Positions 22,144 through 33,302 of a DNA stretch of 64,000 bases are shown here, in pieces. Source of the stretch: an uncultured Chloroflexia bacterium (GTDB taxonomy: Bacteria > Chloroflexota > Anaerolineae > JAAYZQ01); NCBI GenBank assembly GCA_963700285.1, contig CAVOXA010000015.1, forward strand, positions 128,001 to 192,000. The letters run 5' to 3'. Below the pieces are notes generated by a model. That model saw only the letters and a program-made list of their open reading frames with translations. It was not told the origin of the DNA and did not search any database. The position numbers and the translations under genes are program-made. Each line of letters begins with the position of its first letter. The first letter of the stretch is position 1.

Positions 22144-22944
22144 ATGGTCAAGATCACGAGCGTTCACAACGAACGCGTCAAGTATGTCCGGTCCCTCGCC
22201 CGGCGCCGAAACCGCCAGCGAGAGGGCCGTTTTGTTGTCGAGGGTAGCCGGCTGGTGGATGAAATGGTGAGAGCGGGCGAGAGGCCCGCTCTTGTCTTGT
22301 ACACCGAGGCCTGGGCAGCAAGCCTCGAGGCCAAACCCTTGCTGACGGTGCTGGCTCTGGCAGAAGGTGGAGCCTGGCCTGTCAGCGAGCCGGTCTTTGC
22401 AGTTTGCGCTGATTCCCAAACGCCCCAGGGCGTACTGGCGGTCGTGTCCTTTGTACGCACCCTACCGCGCCCAGGGCCCATCCTGATCCTCGATAGATTG
22501 CGAGATCCTGGCAATCTGGGTACTCTCCTTCGCTCTGCAGAGGCTGCGGGTGTGGGGCAGGTGTTCCTTGCGCCAGGGACCGTGGACCTGTACAACCCCA
22601 AAGTTGTGCGAGGGGCTATGGGTGCCCACTTTCGCCTGCCTGTAATTCACCTGGACTGGCCGGCCATTGTCGAACAAGTGGCGGGGCGAGCGGTGTGGCT
22701 GGCCGATGCCGAAGGTGAGACGGCCTACGATGCCGTGGATTGGAGGGTACCTTCCTCGCTAATTGTCGGGGGAGAGGCGACAGGTTCCAGTCAGGAAGCA
22801 TCTGACCTGGCGACAGGACGGGTACGCATCCCCATGACCAGGGGCACAGAATCTCTCAATGCAGCGATGGCTGCGACCGTGATCCTATTTGAGGCTGCTC
22901 GCCAGCGGCGGGTCCACGCAACTTTTTCTGGAGACTATCTATGA
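22144..22944 (+). CDS. TrmH/SpoU family RNA methyltransferase
   Basis: DPGNLGTLLRSA, VGGEATG and IPM...ESLNAA. Confidence 0.92.
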   Translation: MVKITSVHNERVKYVRSLARRRNRQREGRFVVEGSRLVDEMVRAGERPALVLYTEAWAASLEAKPLLTVLALAEGGAWPVSEPVFAVCADSQTPQGVLAVVSFVRTLPRPGPILILDRLRDPGNLGTLLRSAEAAGVGQVFLAPGTVDLYNPKVVRGAMGAHFRLPVIHLDWPAIVEQVAGRAVWLADAEGETAYDAVDWRVPSSLIVGGEATGSSQEASDLATGRVRIPMTRGTESLNAAMAATVILFEAARQRRVHATFSGDYL

Positions 22945-24147
22945 ACATCCGCTCAGTCACCTGTTTCGTCAACGCCGGCTCTGTCGATACCCAGGCCGAG
23001 ACCATTCGATCCGCCGGGCAGCTGGCACAAGAAGCCAGCGCAGCGCTGCGGTCGGCGGGTTTTCCCGTCCAGACAACGCGTCTCGCGACACAGCCGTTTT
23101 CTCTCTTGCCAGATAACCCGATGCACCTGGCCCCCACCCTTTGGAGTCAGTGCGCCGAGGCTGGTTTTGATTTCTTGTCTTTAGGACCGATCTTGGCCGA
23201 CACGCCGGCTGCAGACCTGTCGCGGATGGACCTGATCCCAGATCTGATCCGCAGTACTGAAACGGTGTTTGCCAGCGTGCTCGTCAGCAAGCGAGGACAG
23301 GGACTGCACCTGGATGCGATCCAGCGGACAGCTAGCCTCGTGCGAGAGATTGCCCATTCTACCGATCTGGGATTTGGCAACCTTCGATTGGCCATGCTGG
23401 CCAACGTGGGTCCGCATTCGCCCTTCTTCCCGGCCGCTTACCACGACGGTGGGTCGCCGGCGCTAGCCATCGCCACCGAGTCCGCTGATCTGGCCGTTAC
23501 TGCCTTTTCCGATGCGACTTCACTGGACGAGGCACGGCTGCGGCTTGTGGCGGCGGTCGAAGCAGCGGCGGGACAGATCGTTGACCTGATCGGCCCGCTG
23601 CTCGAAAAGCAGGGCTATCGCTTTCCTGGGATCGACTTTTCCCTGGCGCCCTTCCCCGAAGAGGCGCGGAGTATCGGCGCCGCGGTGGAAGCCCTGGGTG
23701 TGGATTGTTTTGGAGCGCCGGGTACTCTTTTTGTATCCTCGCTCCTCACCGATTGTCTGCGCCAGGCAAACTATCCTCGTTGTGGCTTTAACGGCCTGAT
23801 GCTGCCGGTGTTGGAGGATGCCATTCTTGCCGACCGCAGTCGCCACGGACTGTTTACTGTCAACGACCTGCTCCTCTATTCTGCAGTGTGCGGTACCGGA
23901 CTTGACACCGTGCCTTTGCCAGGCGATGTGAGCGAGGCGGAACTGTCCGGCATCCTGCTAGACGTGGCTGCGCTGGCCTTTCGCCTGGACAAGCCACTTA
24001 CCGCGCGGCTGATGCCCATACCCGGCGCCCAAGCCGGCTGACCTCACTACTTTCGACTTTGCCTACTTTGCCAACGGGCGCGTTCTGGACACAAAGGCAC
24101 TGGGCAGCCGTGGGTTGTTCGAGCGAGGATCATGGTTGGCAACGTAG
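22941..24147 (+). CDS. DUF711 family protein (frameshift ~24039)
   Basis: VQTTRLAT, IDFSLAP, GFNGLMLPVLED and YSAVCGTGLDTVPLPG; C-terminus DLTTFDFAYFANG continues in a shifted frame. Confidence 0.8.
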
Positions 24148-24246
24148 CCCTCCTTACTTGGCGAATTTGCACTAGTGTGGTAGAATTCGTGCCGTACTAG
24201 GCTTTGGGCTTGGTGCGCGTTATGCATGATGTGAACGAGCAGGTCA

Positions 24247-24286
24247 GGCGGCTCATCAGGCAGGACAGTGATGAGCCGTCTTTTTT
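24247..24286 (+). terminator. Terminator in the EF-G leader (attenuator-like)
   Basis: GGCGGCTCATCA...TGATGAGCCGTC followed by T6; lies between a TTGGCG-17-TAGAAT promoter (24158-24186) and the EF-G start. Confidence 0.7.
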
Positions 24287-24369
24287 GTGCGCTGCAGAGA
24301 GCATGCATGCAATGTTGATGAGGAACAAGAACAGAAAGCCGTGCGCTTGCCGCGCAGAGGGTTGTGACA

Positions 24370-26462
24370 ATGAAGGCAAAAAAAACGGATACGCTCGATA
24401 CCATTCGCAACATCGGCATCATTGCCCACATTGACGCGGGCAAGACTACTGTCACCGAGCGGGTGTTGTTCTATACTGGCTTCACCCACCGCCTGGGCAG
24501 CGTGGATGACGGAACCACGGTGACCGACTTTATGCCCCAGGAACGAGAACGGGGCATCACCATCCAGTCGGCGGCTATCACCAGCACCTGGCGCGATCAC
24601 CAGATCAACATCATCGATACGCCGGGCCACATCGACTTTACTGCCGAGGTGCAGCGCAGCCTGCGCGTTCTGGATGGTGGTGTGGTGGTATTCGACGGCG
24701 TGGCTGGCGTGGAGCCCCAATCGGAGACCGTCTGGCGCCAGGCCGACCGCTACGGTGTGCCCCGCATCTGCTTTGTGAACAAGATGGACCGCATGGGCGC
24801 CGACTATTGGCGTACCATCGACAGCATCACCAAGCGGCTGGGGGCAAAGCCTGTAGCGGTGCAGTTACCCATTGGGTCGGAGAGACGACTTTTGCGGTAT
24901 CGTGGATCTGATCGATGAAAAGGCCATCGCCTATTGCGACGAGGACCACACCGAGCCGGCGATATGCAATGTACCAGAGGAGATGCGAGCTGAGGTGGCC
25001 CGGCGGCGGGACGAGATGATCGAAAACTGGCCGAGCTGGACAGCGAGGCCTCTATCGAGCTGGCGGAGCTGTACCTGGAAGGAGAGGAGCTGTCCCCGGC
25101 GCTGCTCCGGGCGGTCCTGCGCCAGGCGACACTCGCCGGGGAGGTGGTACCGGTGCTGTGTGGCACGGCTTTACGCAACAAAGGGGTCCAGATTGCTGTT
25201 GGATGCTGTGGTGGACTATTTGCCCTCGCCCCTGGACGTACCGCCCATGACTGGCAAGGATCCTGATACGGACGAGGAGGTCGCCTGTCTGCCCGGACCC
25301 TGGCGCGCCGACTGCGGCCTTGGTTTTCAAGATTAATACCGACCCTTACATGGGCAGGCTGACCTATTTCCGCGTCTATTCGGGAGCCGTGCGGCGGGGC
25401 GAATTCCTGCTCAATGCCAATAGCGGCAACCGGGAGCGGATCGGCCGCTTGGTGCGCATGCACGCTGATCGCCGCGAAGAGGTGGATGAGATCCGAGCCG
25501 GAGACATTGGCGCTGTGCTGGGCCTCAAGGCTACAACCACAGGCGAAACCCTGTCTGCTGAGGAACGGCCCGTGGTATTGGAACAGATCACATTCCCTGC
25601 TCCGGTCATTGAGCTGGCAGTCGAGCCGTACACCAAGGCTGACCAGGACAAGTTGGGCTTGGCCCTTAAGCGATTGACGGATGAAGATCCTACCTTCCAG
25701 GTACGCCATGACGAGCGCCTGGGACAGACGATTCTCGCCGGCATGGGCGAACTTCACCTTGAGGTGCTACTGGATCGCCTGCGCCGCGAGTTTGGTGTTG
25801 GTACCAAGGTGGGGCGTCCCCAGGTGGCTTACTATGAGACGATTACCCGCCCAGCACGTGCCGAGGGCCGGCTGGTCAAGCAGACAGGGGGGCATGGCCA
25901 GTTCGCCGTGGTGGAGTTGGAGGTCGAACCCCTGCCCTCTGGCAGTGGCTTCCTCTTTGAGAATAAGGTAGTGGGTGGGAACGTACCGCGGCAGTACATC
26001 TCTGCCGTTGAGGCTGGCGTACACGATGGCATGACTCGTGGTGTGTTGGCCGAGCAACCCATGGTGGACATCAAGGTCACTCTGGTGGACGGCAAGGCGC
26101 ACGACGTGGATTCGTCGGAGCGAGCTTTTTCCACGGCGGCGTCCATGGCTCTGCGTCAGGCCGTTGGCCAGGCTGGTCCCATCCTGCTGGAGCCGATCAT
26201 GCACGTAGACGTATTGACGCCCGAAGACTATACAGGGGATGTCATTGGTGATCTGAGTACCCGATCTGCCAGCATCACGGGTATTGACTCGCGAAATGGC
26301 AGTGGCCAGTCTATCCAGGCCGATGTTCCGCTTGCGGCGATGTTCGGCTATGCCACATCGCTGCGGTCCCGAACCCAGGGCCGGGGAGCTTTTGTCATGC
26401 AGTTCGATCACTATGCTCCGATATCGCCTGAAGTGATAAAAGAACGGGAGAGAGCCCACTAA
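24370..26462 (+). CDS. fusA: Elongation factor G, stand-alone paralog (several frameshifts)
   Basis: [47 protein letters not shown] and LRSRTQGR; not in an rpsL-rpsG-tuf context. Confidence 0.92.
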
Positions 26463-26488
26463 TCACCGGTGAGATCTCGTACTTTGAG

Positions 26489-26530
26489 CACTCGGAAAGG
26501 GTGGATTCTGTCCCCCTTCCGAGTGTTTTT
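26489..26530 (+). terminator. Rho-independent terminator
   Basis: CACTCGGAAAGGG...CCCTTCCGAGTG followed by TTTTT, after fusA. Confidence 0.8.
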
Positions 26531-26620
26531 CGTTGTGGGCTTGCACGTCTCTGTGAGCAATGGTATACTGTAACCTGATGGACATCAGCTTTGATGCAGT
26601 TTTTCTGGAGGTGGGAGGCT

Positions 26621-27607
26621 ATGGGTTTCTGGGCTGACTTGAAGTATAGGCTTCAAAATCTCTTTGGGCTGGAGACATCTTTTCCCTTGGGCGACGAAGT
26701 ACTGCCTCAAACCTTGCAGCCCCGCGTGTTGCTGATCACCTTCAATCCTGTCATCCGCTCGGAAGGCGGCAGAAAGCTGACAGACGTCCTGGGCTGGTGC
26801 AACATTGATGAGTTGTGCCGCGAGTACATTGCCGATCTGCGCGAGTGCAGTGGTGGCTTTTTAGAGTACCGGATCGTCCAGCGAATTGGGATCGACGCCT
26901 GGCCGAGGAAAATAGACGGCTTTCGCTATGATGGGGATAGTTACCTACAATGCTGGCGCAACCGGACAGGCTTCCACGATCCAGACGCCGTCGACTATGA
27001 GGCTATCCTCGAAGAGTTTGATCTTCTGGCTCGCGTCGAGTCGGACCAGATTGATGAGGTATGGTTATTCGGCTTTCCCTATGCCGGTTTCTACGAATCG
27101 CAGATGATTGGGCCCAAGGCTTTTTGGTGCAATTCACCGCCCATGTCGCGCAATGATGGGATCTCGCGCCGGTTTGTGATCATGGGCTTTAACTATGAGC
27201 GAGGCGTGGGCCCCATGTTGGAGTCCTTTGGGCACCGTGTTGAATCGCATCTCCAGTACGTCTGGCGTCGTCGGAGGGGCGAGGACAACCTATGGGAGCG
27301 ATTCATCCGCTACGACAAGGTCTCCCCCGGGCGGGCGAACTGTGGTTGGATGCACTATGCCCCCAACAGTCTCACGGACTATGACTGGGGCAACCCGACC
27401 AGAGTACAGAGCAACTGCGACGACTGGCTCAACTTTCCCAACTTTCAGGGTGCCTGGGGAGTGGTAGATTGTCGTGACTGGGGAAACGGCGATATGCGCG
27501 CTCATCACAAGTGGTGGTTCAAGCGCCTGCCCAACGCCCCAGGTGACACGCAGGGAATCTCTAACAACTGGTGGCTCTATGGCGTGGACCCCAACAGGGC
27601 CGGCTAG
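26621..27607 (+). CDS. Hypothetical protein
   Basis: Long ORF with SD GGAGG and a TTGCAC-17-TATACT promoter (26541-26569); Trp/Asp-rich; no family recognised. Confidence 0.75.
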   Translation: MGFWADLKYRLQNLFGLETSFPLGDEVLPQTLQPRVLLITFNPVIRSEGGRKLTDVLGWCNIDELCREYIADLRECSGGFLEYRIVQRIGIDAWPRKIDGFRYDGDSYLQCWRNRTGFHDPDAVDYEAILEEFDLLARVESDQIDEVWLFGFPYAGFYESQMIGPKAFWCNSPPMSRNDGISRRFVIMGFNYERGVGPMLESFGHRVESHLQYVWRRRRGEDNLWERFIRYDKVSPGRANCGWMHYAPNSLTDYDWGNPTRVQSNCDDWLNFPNFQGAWGVVDCRDWGNGDMRAHHKWWFKRLPNAPGDTQGISNNWWLYGVDPNRAG

Positions 27608-27729
27608 GAGAGCTGTCCCGCCGATGCCCTGACCGCCAGGGCCGGGAGCCGGGGTGTGACTCATCGCAAGACTTGTCATGGATCCGGCTCTGGGGGGGCC
27701 TGGGGTTCGGAGCTAGGATAGCAGCCCTT

Positions 27730-28584
27730 ATGATTCTCGTCACAGGAGCAGCGGGGAAAACGGGTCAGGCTGTCATTCGGGCATTGGCCATCAAGGGTGA
27801 ACCCGTGCGGGCGTTGGTCCGCCGCCCAGGGCAAATCCAGGGTATCATGGACCTCGGGGCTCGGGAAGCAGCAGCCGGTGACATGCGCTCAAGGGCCCCG
27901 ATGGAGCATGTCACCCAAGGCGTTCGGGCCATTTACCATATCTGTCCCAATATGAGCCCTGACGAGGTGGCCATTGGCCAAACTGTGATCGCGGCGGCCC
28001 AATCAGCCGGCGTCGAGCACTTTGTCTACCATTCGGTCCTGCATCCCCAGACCGAAGCCATGCCCCACCATTGGCTCAAGCTGCGCGTGGAGGAGCAGTT
28101 GTTCGAGTCAGGGTTAGATTACACAATCCTACAACCTGCAGCCTACTTGCAGAATATCCTGGCTCATTGGGATCAGATCGTCGAACAAGGCGTCTACCCG
28201 ATTCCCTATGCAGCGGAGACCCGTCTGGGTATGGTTGATCTGGAGGATGTCGCCGCGGCAGCTGCCATCGTTCTGACTGAGCCTGGACATGAGGGCGCCA
28301 CGTACGAACTGTCCGGGCCCAACCTTCTGTCTCAGACCGAGATTGCTACGATCTTGGCTGAACTACTGCGTCGTCCGGTATGCGCCCAGGTCGTGCCTCT
28401 GGCAACTTGGGCGGCTAGAGCCAGGGCCTCGGGTCTGGGCGACTACCAGGTTGAGACACTGGTCAAGATGTTCTGCTACTACGAGAAACATGGGTTCAGG
28501 GGCAATGCACAAGTGCTAGGCTGGTTGCTTGGCCGTCCTCCCACCAGTTTCTCAGTCTTTGTACGGCGCATCTCTTGGGGATGA
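27730..28584 (+). CDS. NmrA/SDR family NAD(P)-binding protein
   Basis: MILVTGAAGKTG, SGLDYTILQP, VDLEDVA and YELSGP. Confidence 0.88.
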   Translation: MILVTGAAGKTGQAVIRALAIKGEPVRALVRRPGQIQGIMDLGAREAAAGDMRSRAPMEHVTQGVRAIYHICPNMSPDEVAIGQTVIAAAQSAGVEHFVYHSVLHPQTEAMPHHWLKLRVEEQLFESGLDYTILQPAAYLQNILAHWDQIVEQGVYPIPYAAETRLGMVDLEDVAAAAAIVLTEPGHEGATYELSGPNLLSQTEIATILAELLRRPVCAQVVPLATWAARARASGLGDYQVETLVKMFCYYEKHGFRGNAQVLGWLLGRPPTSFSVFVRRISWG

Positions 28585-28684
28585 ATTCGTACATGACATA
28601 GAGGGCTGGAAAGCCTCGACCTGATTCACCGAGATAACCGTCAGAGTGAGGAGTGGGGATATGATCAATCATGGAGGTACAGTG

Positions 28685-29491
28685 ATGACAGATTCTTTCC
28701 TAGTTCCGCCCGGTACCCAAGTCAAGCTTGCCGATTACGATCCAGGCTTTGCCGGTACAATCGAGAAGAAGAGCCAGGCCAAAAACGAGCTTAGGGACAA
28801 CCTGGCGCAGCTCCAGGCCCTCCAACAGATGTTGTGGGCTGAAGACAAACATGCCTTGCTCCTGGTCTTCCAGGCGATGGATGCTGGCGGCAAGGATGGC
28901 ACCATCAGGCAAGTGATGCGTGGTGTGAACCCCCAGGGCTGCCAGGTGACCAGTTTCAAAGTGCCAAGCAAGGAGGAGCTAGCCCACGATTATCTATGGC
29001 GGATCCACAAGGCAGCACCACGGCGAGGCTACATCGGTATCTTTAACCGCTCCCACTACGAGGACGTGTTGGTGGTACGTGTTCACAACCTGGTTCCTGA
29101 AGATGTATGGCGGCAGCGTTACGAGCAGATCAATCACTTTGAGAAACTGCTGGCTGATTCTGGGACGACGATCCTGAAATTCTTCCTGCACATCTCAAGA
29201 GAGGAGCAGAAGAAACGATTTGAGGAGAGGCTGGCCGACCCCAGCAAGAACTGGAAGTTCTCCCTGGGTGACGTGGAGGAGCGAGGGTATTGGGACGACT
29301 ATATGCGGGCCTTTGAAGAAGTGCTGAGCCGGTGCAGCATGCCATGGGCGCCCTGGTACGTCATTCCTGCCAATCGCAACTGGTACCGCAACCTGGCCAT
29401 TTCCCAAATCATTGTCGAAACACTAAAAAAACTGGATATGCGCTACCCTCCGCCTCTGTCCAATGCCGGCGAGATCGTCATTCCTGACTAG
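28685..29491 (+). CDS. ppk2: Polyphosphate kinase 2 family protein
   Basis: QAMDAGGKDG, HDYLWR, FNRSHYE, KFFLHIS and APWYVIPAN. Confidence 0.92.
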   Translation: MTDSFLVPPGTQVKLADYDPGFAGTIEKKSQAKNELRDNLAQLQALQQMLWAEDKHALLLVFQAMDAGGKDGTIRQVMRGVNPQGCQVTSFKVPSKEELAHDYLWRIHKAAPRRGYIGIFNRSHYEDVLVVRVHNLVPEDVWRQRYEQINHFEKLLADSGTTILKFFLHISREEQKKRFEERLADPSKNWKFSLGDVEERGYWDDYMRAFEEVLSRCSMPWAPWYVIPANRNWYRNLAISQIIVETLKKLDMRYPPPLSNAGEIVIPD

Positions 29492-29844
29492 GTGATCAAC
29501 CGATCCCTTGTGCCAGTATCCGTGTAAACTGGCATGAATTCGTGTCAGGACGACAAGATTGCTTCTGGGCCTGTTGCGTGTTATAATAGGGCCGTACCGA
29601 GTTCTGACGCCCACTGTCATGACGGTGGTGTGTTGTCGTCAGGCAAGGGGTGCGATAGCGGTGTACAATGGCCGTGCAGATTAGGGGTGTGCGACAACAG
29701 GGAGAGTTGTCTTGGGAACCAATGCGTTGCCCTGATCCATGGAGCGATTCACGAAGGCAAGCGCACGAACCTTGGGCCGAAACTTTGTGGGGCCTCCCTG
29801 CGTAGTAGAAGTGGAACTCACATACCCAATTGAAAGATGCATAA

Positions 29845-31278
29845 ATGACACAACCATTGGCCATTGGAACAGTACTGAAAAACCATTACCGCATTGTCCG
29901 CCTGGTTGGAGGAGGCGGAATGGCCTGGGTCTACCAGGTGGAGGAGCTGCCGCCCGCCAGTGGCAATCTCTGGGCCCTCAAAGAACTGCGCCCCCAGACC
30001 CAGGATAGGGAGGAGCGGGCCACTGCCCGCAAGCTCTTTGAACAGGAATCTTTGTTGCTCCGCGATCTGGACCACGTGAACATCCCCCAGATCGCCGGCT
30101 TTTTCGAGGAGAACGGCCGGGCATGCCTGGTGATGGAGTTCATATGGGGCGAATCGCTGGAGAAACGGTTGGAAGCTGCCAACGCGCCCTTGTTGGAGAC
30201 CGACGTGCTCAAGTGGGCTGTCCAGCTCTGCGAAGCATTGGACTATCTTCATGCCCGCCAACCGCCTGTCATCTTCCGTGACATGAAGCCCAGCAATGTA
30301 ATGGTGACCAATACCGGACTGGTCAAACTGATTGACTTTGGTATCGCGCGTACCTACAAGGTGGGGAAAAAGCGGGATACGGTAGCTATGGGCTCTGAGA
30401 ACTATGCAGCGCCAGAGCAATGGGGCAAAGGCCAGACCGACGCCCGGTCCGATATCTATGCTCTGGGTGCTACGATGTATCACCTGCTGGCCAATATGGC
30501 CCCAACGCCGGCCTTTCTGCCATCTGAACCGCTGCCCCTGCGCAACTATAACGGTGCGCTCTCGGCAAAGACTGTGACACTCGTTGAGAAGGCCATGGAC
30601 CGCGAGCGGAGCAAACGTTTTCAGTCGGCTGTAGAAATGCGCAAGGCGCTCATCGACGCCCTTCCGGGACCGTATGTTGCACCAGTGGTCCCCGCCGTCC
30701 ACCATCCTGTGTCCAAGGCGGCAACAGGTACCGGTCAGGGCCCGGCCAGGGCCACTGGCGCTTCCACTACCTCGGGTTCTACAGGGGCCGGGGCATCCGT
30801 TCAGCCCCCGGTGCAACGCGAGCCCCAACCGGCGCTCAGGCCAGCGCACCGGCCAGCGCCTCCGCCAGCCAAGGCTTGTCCAGCCTGCGCGCGGGCCAAC
30901 AGGCAGAACGCTCGGTTTTGCGTTGGCTGCGGTCATTCCTTTGTGCCCCTTGGGCCAGCCGTGTTGCGCGTCGTCGAGCCAGTGCGGGCTGCCTGGGAGA
31001 TGCCTGTGGCTCACAGCCCGACGCTGCTGGGCCGTGCCAGTGAGGCCGAGGGCTACCGGCCAGACTTTGACATGACGTTCTATGATGAAGGCGACTATGT
31101 CTCTCGCCGCCACGCGCGGATCACCAAAGGCCGTGTGGGCTATTTTGTCACCGATCTCGGCAGCAGCAACGGTACTATGGTCAATGGGCAGCCATTGGCG
31201 CCCAACCGCGCCCGCTTGTTGCGCAATGGTGACCGGCTCAAAGTCGGTTTGGTCGTTATCCAGTTTCGGTTGGGATAG
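29845..31278 (+). CDS. Ser/Thr protein kinase with zinc ribbon and C-terminal FHA domain
   Basis: GGGGMA, ALKE, FRDMKPSN, DFG, YAAPE; CPAC...FCVGCG; FHA motifs LGR, VSRRHA and DLGSSNGT. Confidence 0.93.
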   Translation: MTQPLAIGTVLKNHYRIVRLVGGGGMAWVYQVEELPPASGNLWALKELRPQTQDREERATARKLFEQESLLLRDLDHVNIPQIAGFFEENGRACLVMEFIWGESLEKRLEAANAPLLETDVLKWAVQLCEALDYLHARQPPVIFRDMKPSNVMVTNTGLVKLIDFGIARTYKVGKKRDTVAMGSENYAAPEQWGKGQTDARSDIYALGATMYHLLANMAPTPAFLPSEPLPLRNYNGALSAKTVTLVEKAMDRERSKRFQSAVEMRKALIDALPGPYVAPVVPAVHHPVSKAATGTGQGPARATGASTTSGSTGAGASVQPPVQREPQPALRPAHRPAPPPAKACPACARANRQNARFCVGCGHSFVPLGPAVLRVVEPVRAAWEMPVAHSPTLLGRASEAEGYRPDFDMTFYDEGDYVSRRHARITKGRVGYFVTDLGSSNGTMVNGQPLAPNRARLLRNGDRLKVGLVVIQFRLG

Positions 31279-31352
31279 AGTTCCCAGCCAGGTCTGCGGA
31301 AGCTTCATGATCTGTCCAAAAGACCCCGACGAGAGTCGATAGGAGGTAGGTA

Positions 31353-33155
31353 ATGAACTGTTCCGCATGTGGAACGGACAATCGAGATGGGGCCAATTTC
31401 TGCCGGATGTGCGGTAAGCAGATTTCCGAACATCTCCAGGATCAGGTCACAATTACAGGCGGAGACGAGGCTGGGGCCAAGGACGGTCCTGCCCCCGGCC
31501 AAGATCTGAAACTTGAGGCAGATCTAGCAACGTCAGTATCCGTAGATGAACTGCCTGTAATCGAATTGCCAGAAATGCTTCCAAAGGACTTGTACGCGGA
31601 ACTGCAGGAAGGAGTGGATGGAGAACCAGAAATACCGTCCGGGGTGCAGGCGGAGGATGTGTCCCTGGGTGGAGAACCCGTGCTCGAGGCGGAGGCTGCG
31701 AAGGAACCATCTGAGGGATCGGGAGTGGAAACCGAGATAGTAGAGGGCGAGTTCGATCAAACTGTGCCTGAAACCCACCTGGCAGTAGAACCACCTGAGG
31801 CTGGAGGGTTTGGGTCTGCCATACCGGCCGACTCTTCTGGTCCTGCAGTCCCTACTGAAGTCGGGGGAAGCGACGTTGAGGCGAGTATGGCGCAAGAAAC
31901 AGAGGCCCCGCCTGGAGAACCAGTAGCTCAGACAACTAGACCAGAAGCTCAGCCGGTAGAGGGCGCTGGTGAGGCCGAAGACGGGACAGTCATCCCTGAG
32001 CTTGTCACGTCTGACAGCATGATGCCACTGGTGCCGGGAACCGTGATTGGCGAGCGCTTACGGATAGTGGGAGTGCTGGATGACGAGGAAGACGAGATCC
32101 TTTATCTAGCTCACGATCTGCTTCGATGCTGGCAGTGTGGTTTCCAGGACAATGAGCCTGACGATACCTTCTGCGCCCAATGCGGCGCGTCTCTGGATCG
32201 CGAGGCGCGGGTGCGCCTGCTGGAGGTCCAGAGCAAGGAGGCCGAGCCATCCGGCGGCGAGGCTGTGGCTGCCCGGCTCAGCTACGAAGGACGCCATTTT
32301 CTTCTTCTGGCAGAGCCAGATGCGGCGATTGAGGTGGAATCGGGATCCAGTGCTCCAGGTGTGCCCCAGAGTGTTCGGCTCGTGGTGGGGCAGTACTCTG
32401 ATGCTGGCCGGGTTCGCGAGCTGGATGAGGATAGCCTGCTGGCCCTGACCCTGGCTCCCACCTACGAATCGCGGACCGGCCCGGTGTTGGGCCTCTTTGC
32501 TGTGGCTGACGGAATGGGGGGCCACGAGGGCGGCGAAGTCGCTAGCAAAGTGGCATTGCAGGTACTGGCCGATGTGGTGTTGCGCAGTATTGTGCTGCCG
32601 GCACTGGCGGATGAAGATCTTCTGGAGGAGGAGATCATTGCCCGCCTGAGTCAGGCGACTGTGAGTGCCAATGACGCTGTGTACCTGGCCCGCCAGAAGC
32701 GGGGAAACGACATGGGGACGACCTTGACCACAGCTCTGGTCAGGGATGACCGGCTCTTCTTGGCCCATGTGGGCGATTGCCGTGCTTATCGATGGGGAGC
32801 TGACGGCCTCCAGCAGCTAACCACCGACCATTCGCTGGTGGCCAGCATGATTGCCAGCGGCCAGGCTGCGCCTGAAGAGATCTATACCCATCCCCACCGC
32901 AGCGTCATCTATCGCTGCGTCGGCGACCAGCCAGTGGTGGAGGTTGATACGGACGTCGTGTCCCTTGTCCCAGGTGACCGGATCCTTGTCTGCTGTGATG
33001 GCCTGTGGGAGATGGTGCGCGACGAAGGCATCAGAGATGTCATGATGCAGGAAGCTGATCCCCAGGCTGCCTGCGAGATGCTGGTGAATCATGCCAATGT
33101 AGCAGGCGGTGATGACAACATCAGCGTCATCATCGTACAGATCAAGGGTGCATAA
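31353..33155 (+). CDS. PP2C (PPM) Ser/Thr phosphatase with zinc ribbons and acidic linker
   Basis: CSAC...FCRMCG, CWQC...FCAQCG; GRVRELDED, VADGMGGH, MGTT, HVGDCRAY, CDGL and GGDDNIS. Confidence 0.93.
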   Translation: MNCSACGTDNRDGANFCRMCGKQISEHLQDQVTITGGDEAGAKDGPAPGQDLKLEADLATSVSVDELPVIELPEMLPKDLYAELQEGVDGEPEIPSGVQAEDVSLGGEPVLEAEAAKEPSEGSGVETEIVEGEFDQTVPETHLAVEPPEAGGFGSAIPADSSGPAVPTEVGGSDVEASMAQETEAPPGEPVAQTTRPEAQPVEGAGEAEDGTVIPELVTSDSMMPLVPGTVIGERLRIVGVLDDEEDEILYLAHDLLRCWQCGFQDNEPDDTFCAQCGASLDREARVRLLEVQSKEAEPSGGEAVAARLSYEGRHFLLLAEPDAAIEVESGSSAPGVPQSVRLVVGQYSDAGRVRELDEDSLLALTLAPTYESRTGPVLGLFAVADGMGGHEGGEVASKVALQVLADVVLRSIVLPALADEDLLEEEIIARLSQATVSANDAVYLARQKRGNDMGTTLTTALVRDDRLFLAHVGDCRAYRWGADGLQQLTTDHSLVASMIASGQAAPEEIYTHPHRSVIYRCVGDQPVVEVDTDVVSLVPGDRILVCCDGLWEMVRDEGIRDVMMQEADPQAACEMLVNHANVAGGDDNISVIIVQIKGA

Positions 33156-33302
33156 GATGGATGCCTGGGCGACCTTGAGTGGGGGGACAATGCTCGCCGG
33201 CCCTTCAGATCCAGCAATCGCCCCGGTATTGTGAATAGAACGACCGTGCGGTTCGCACGTATAGGATAAGCCATGATAATGGCCAATGTAAGGAGGGATG
33301 AT

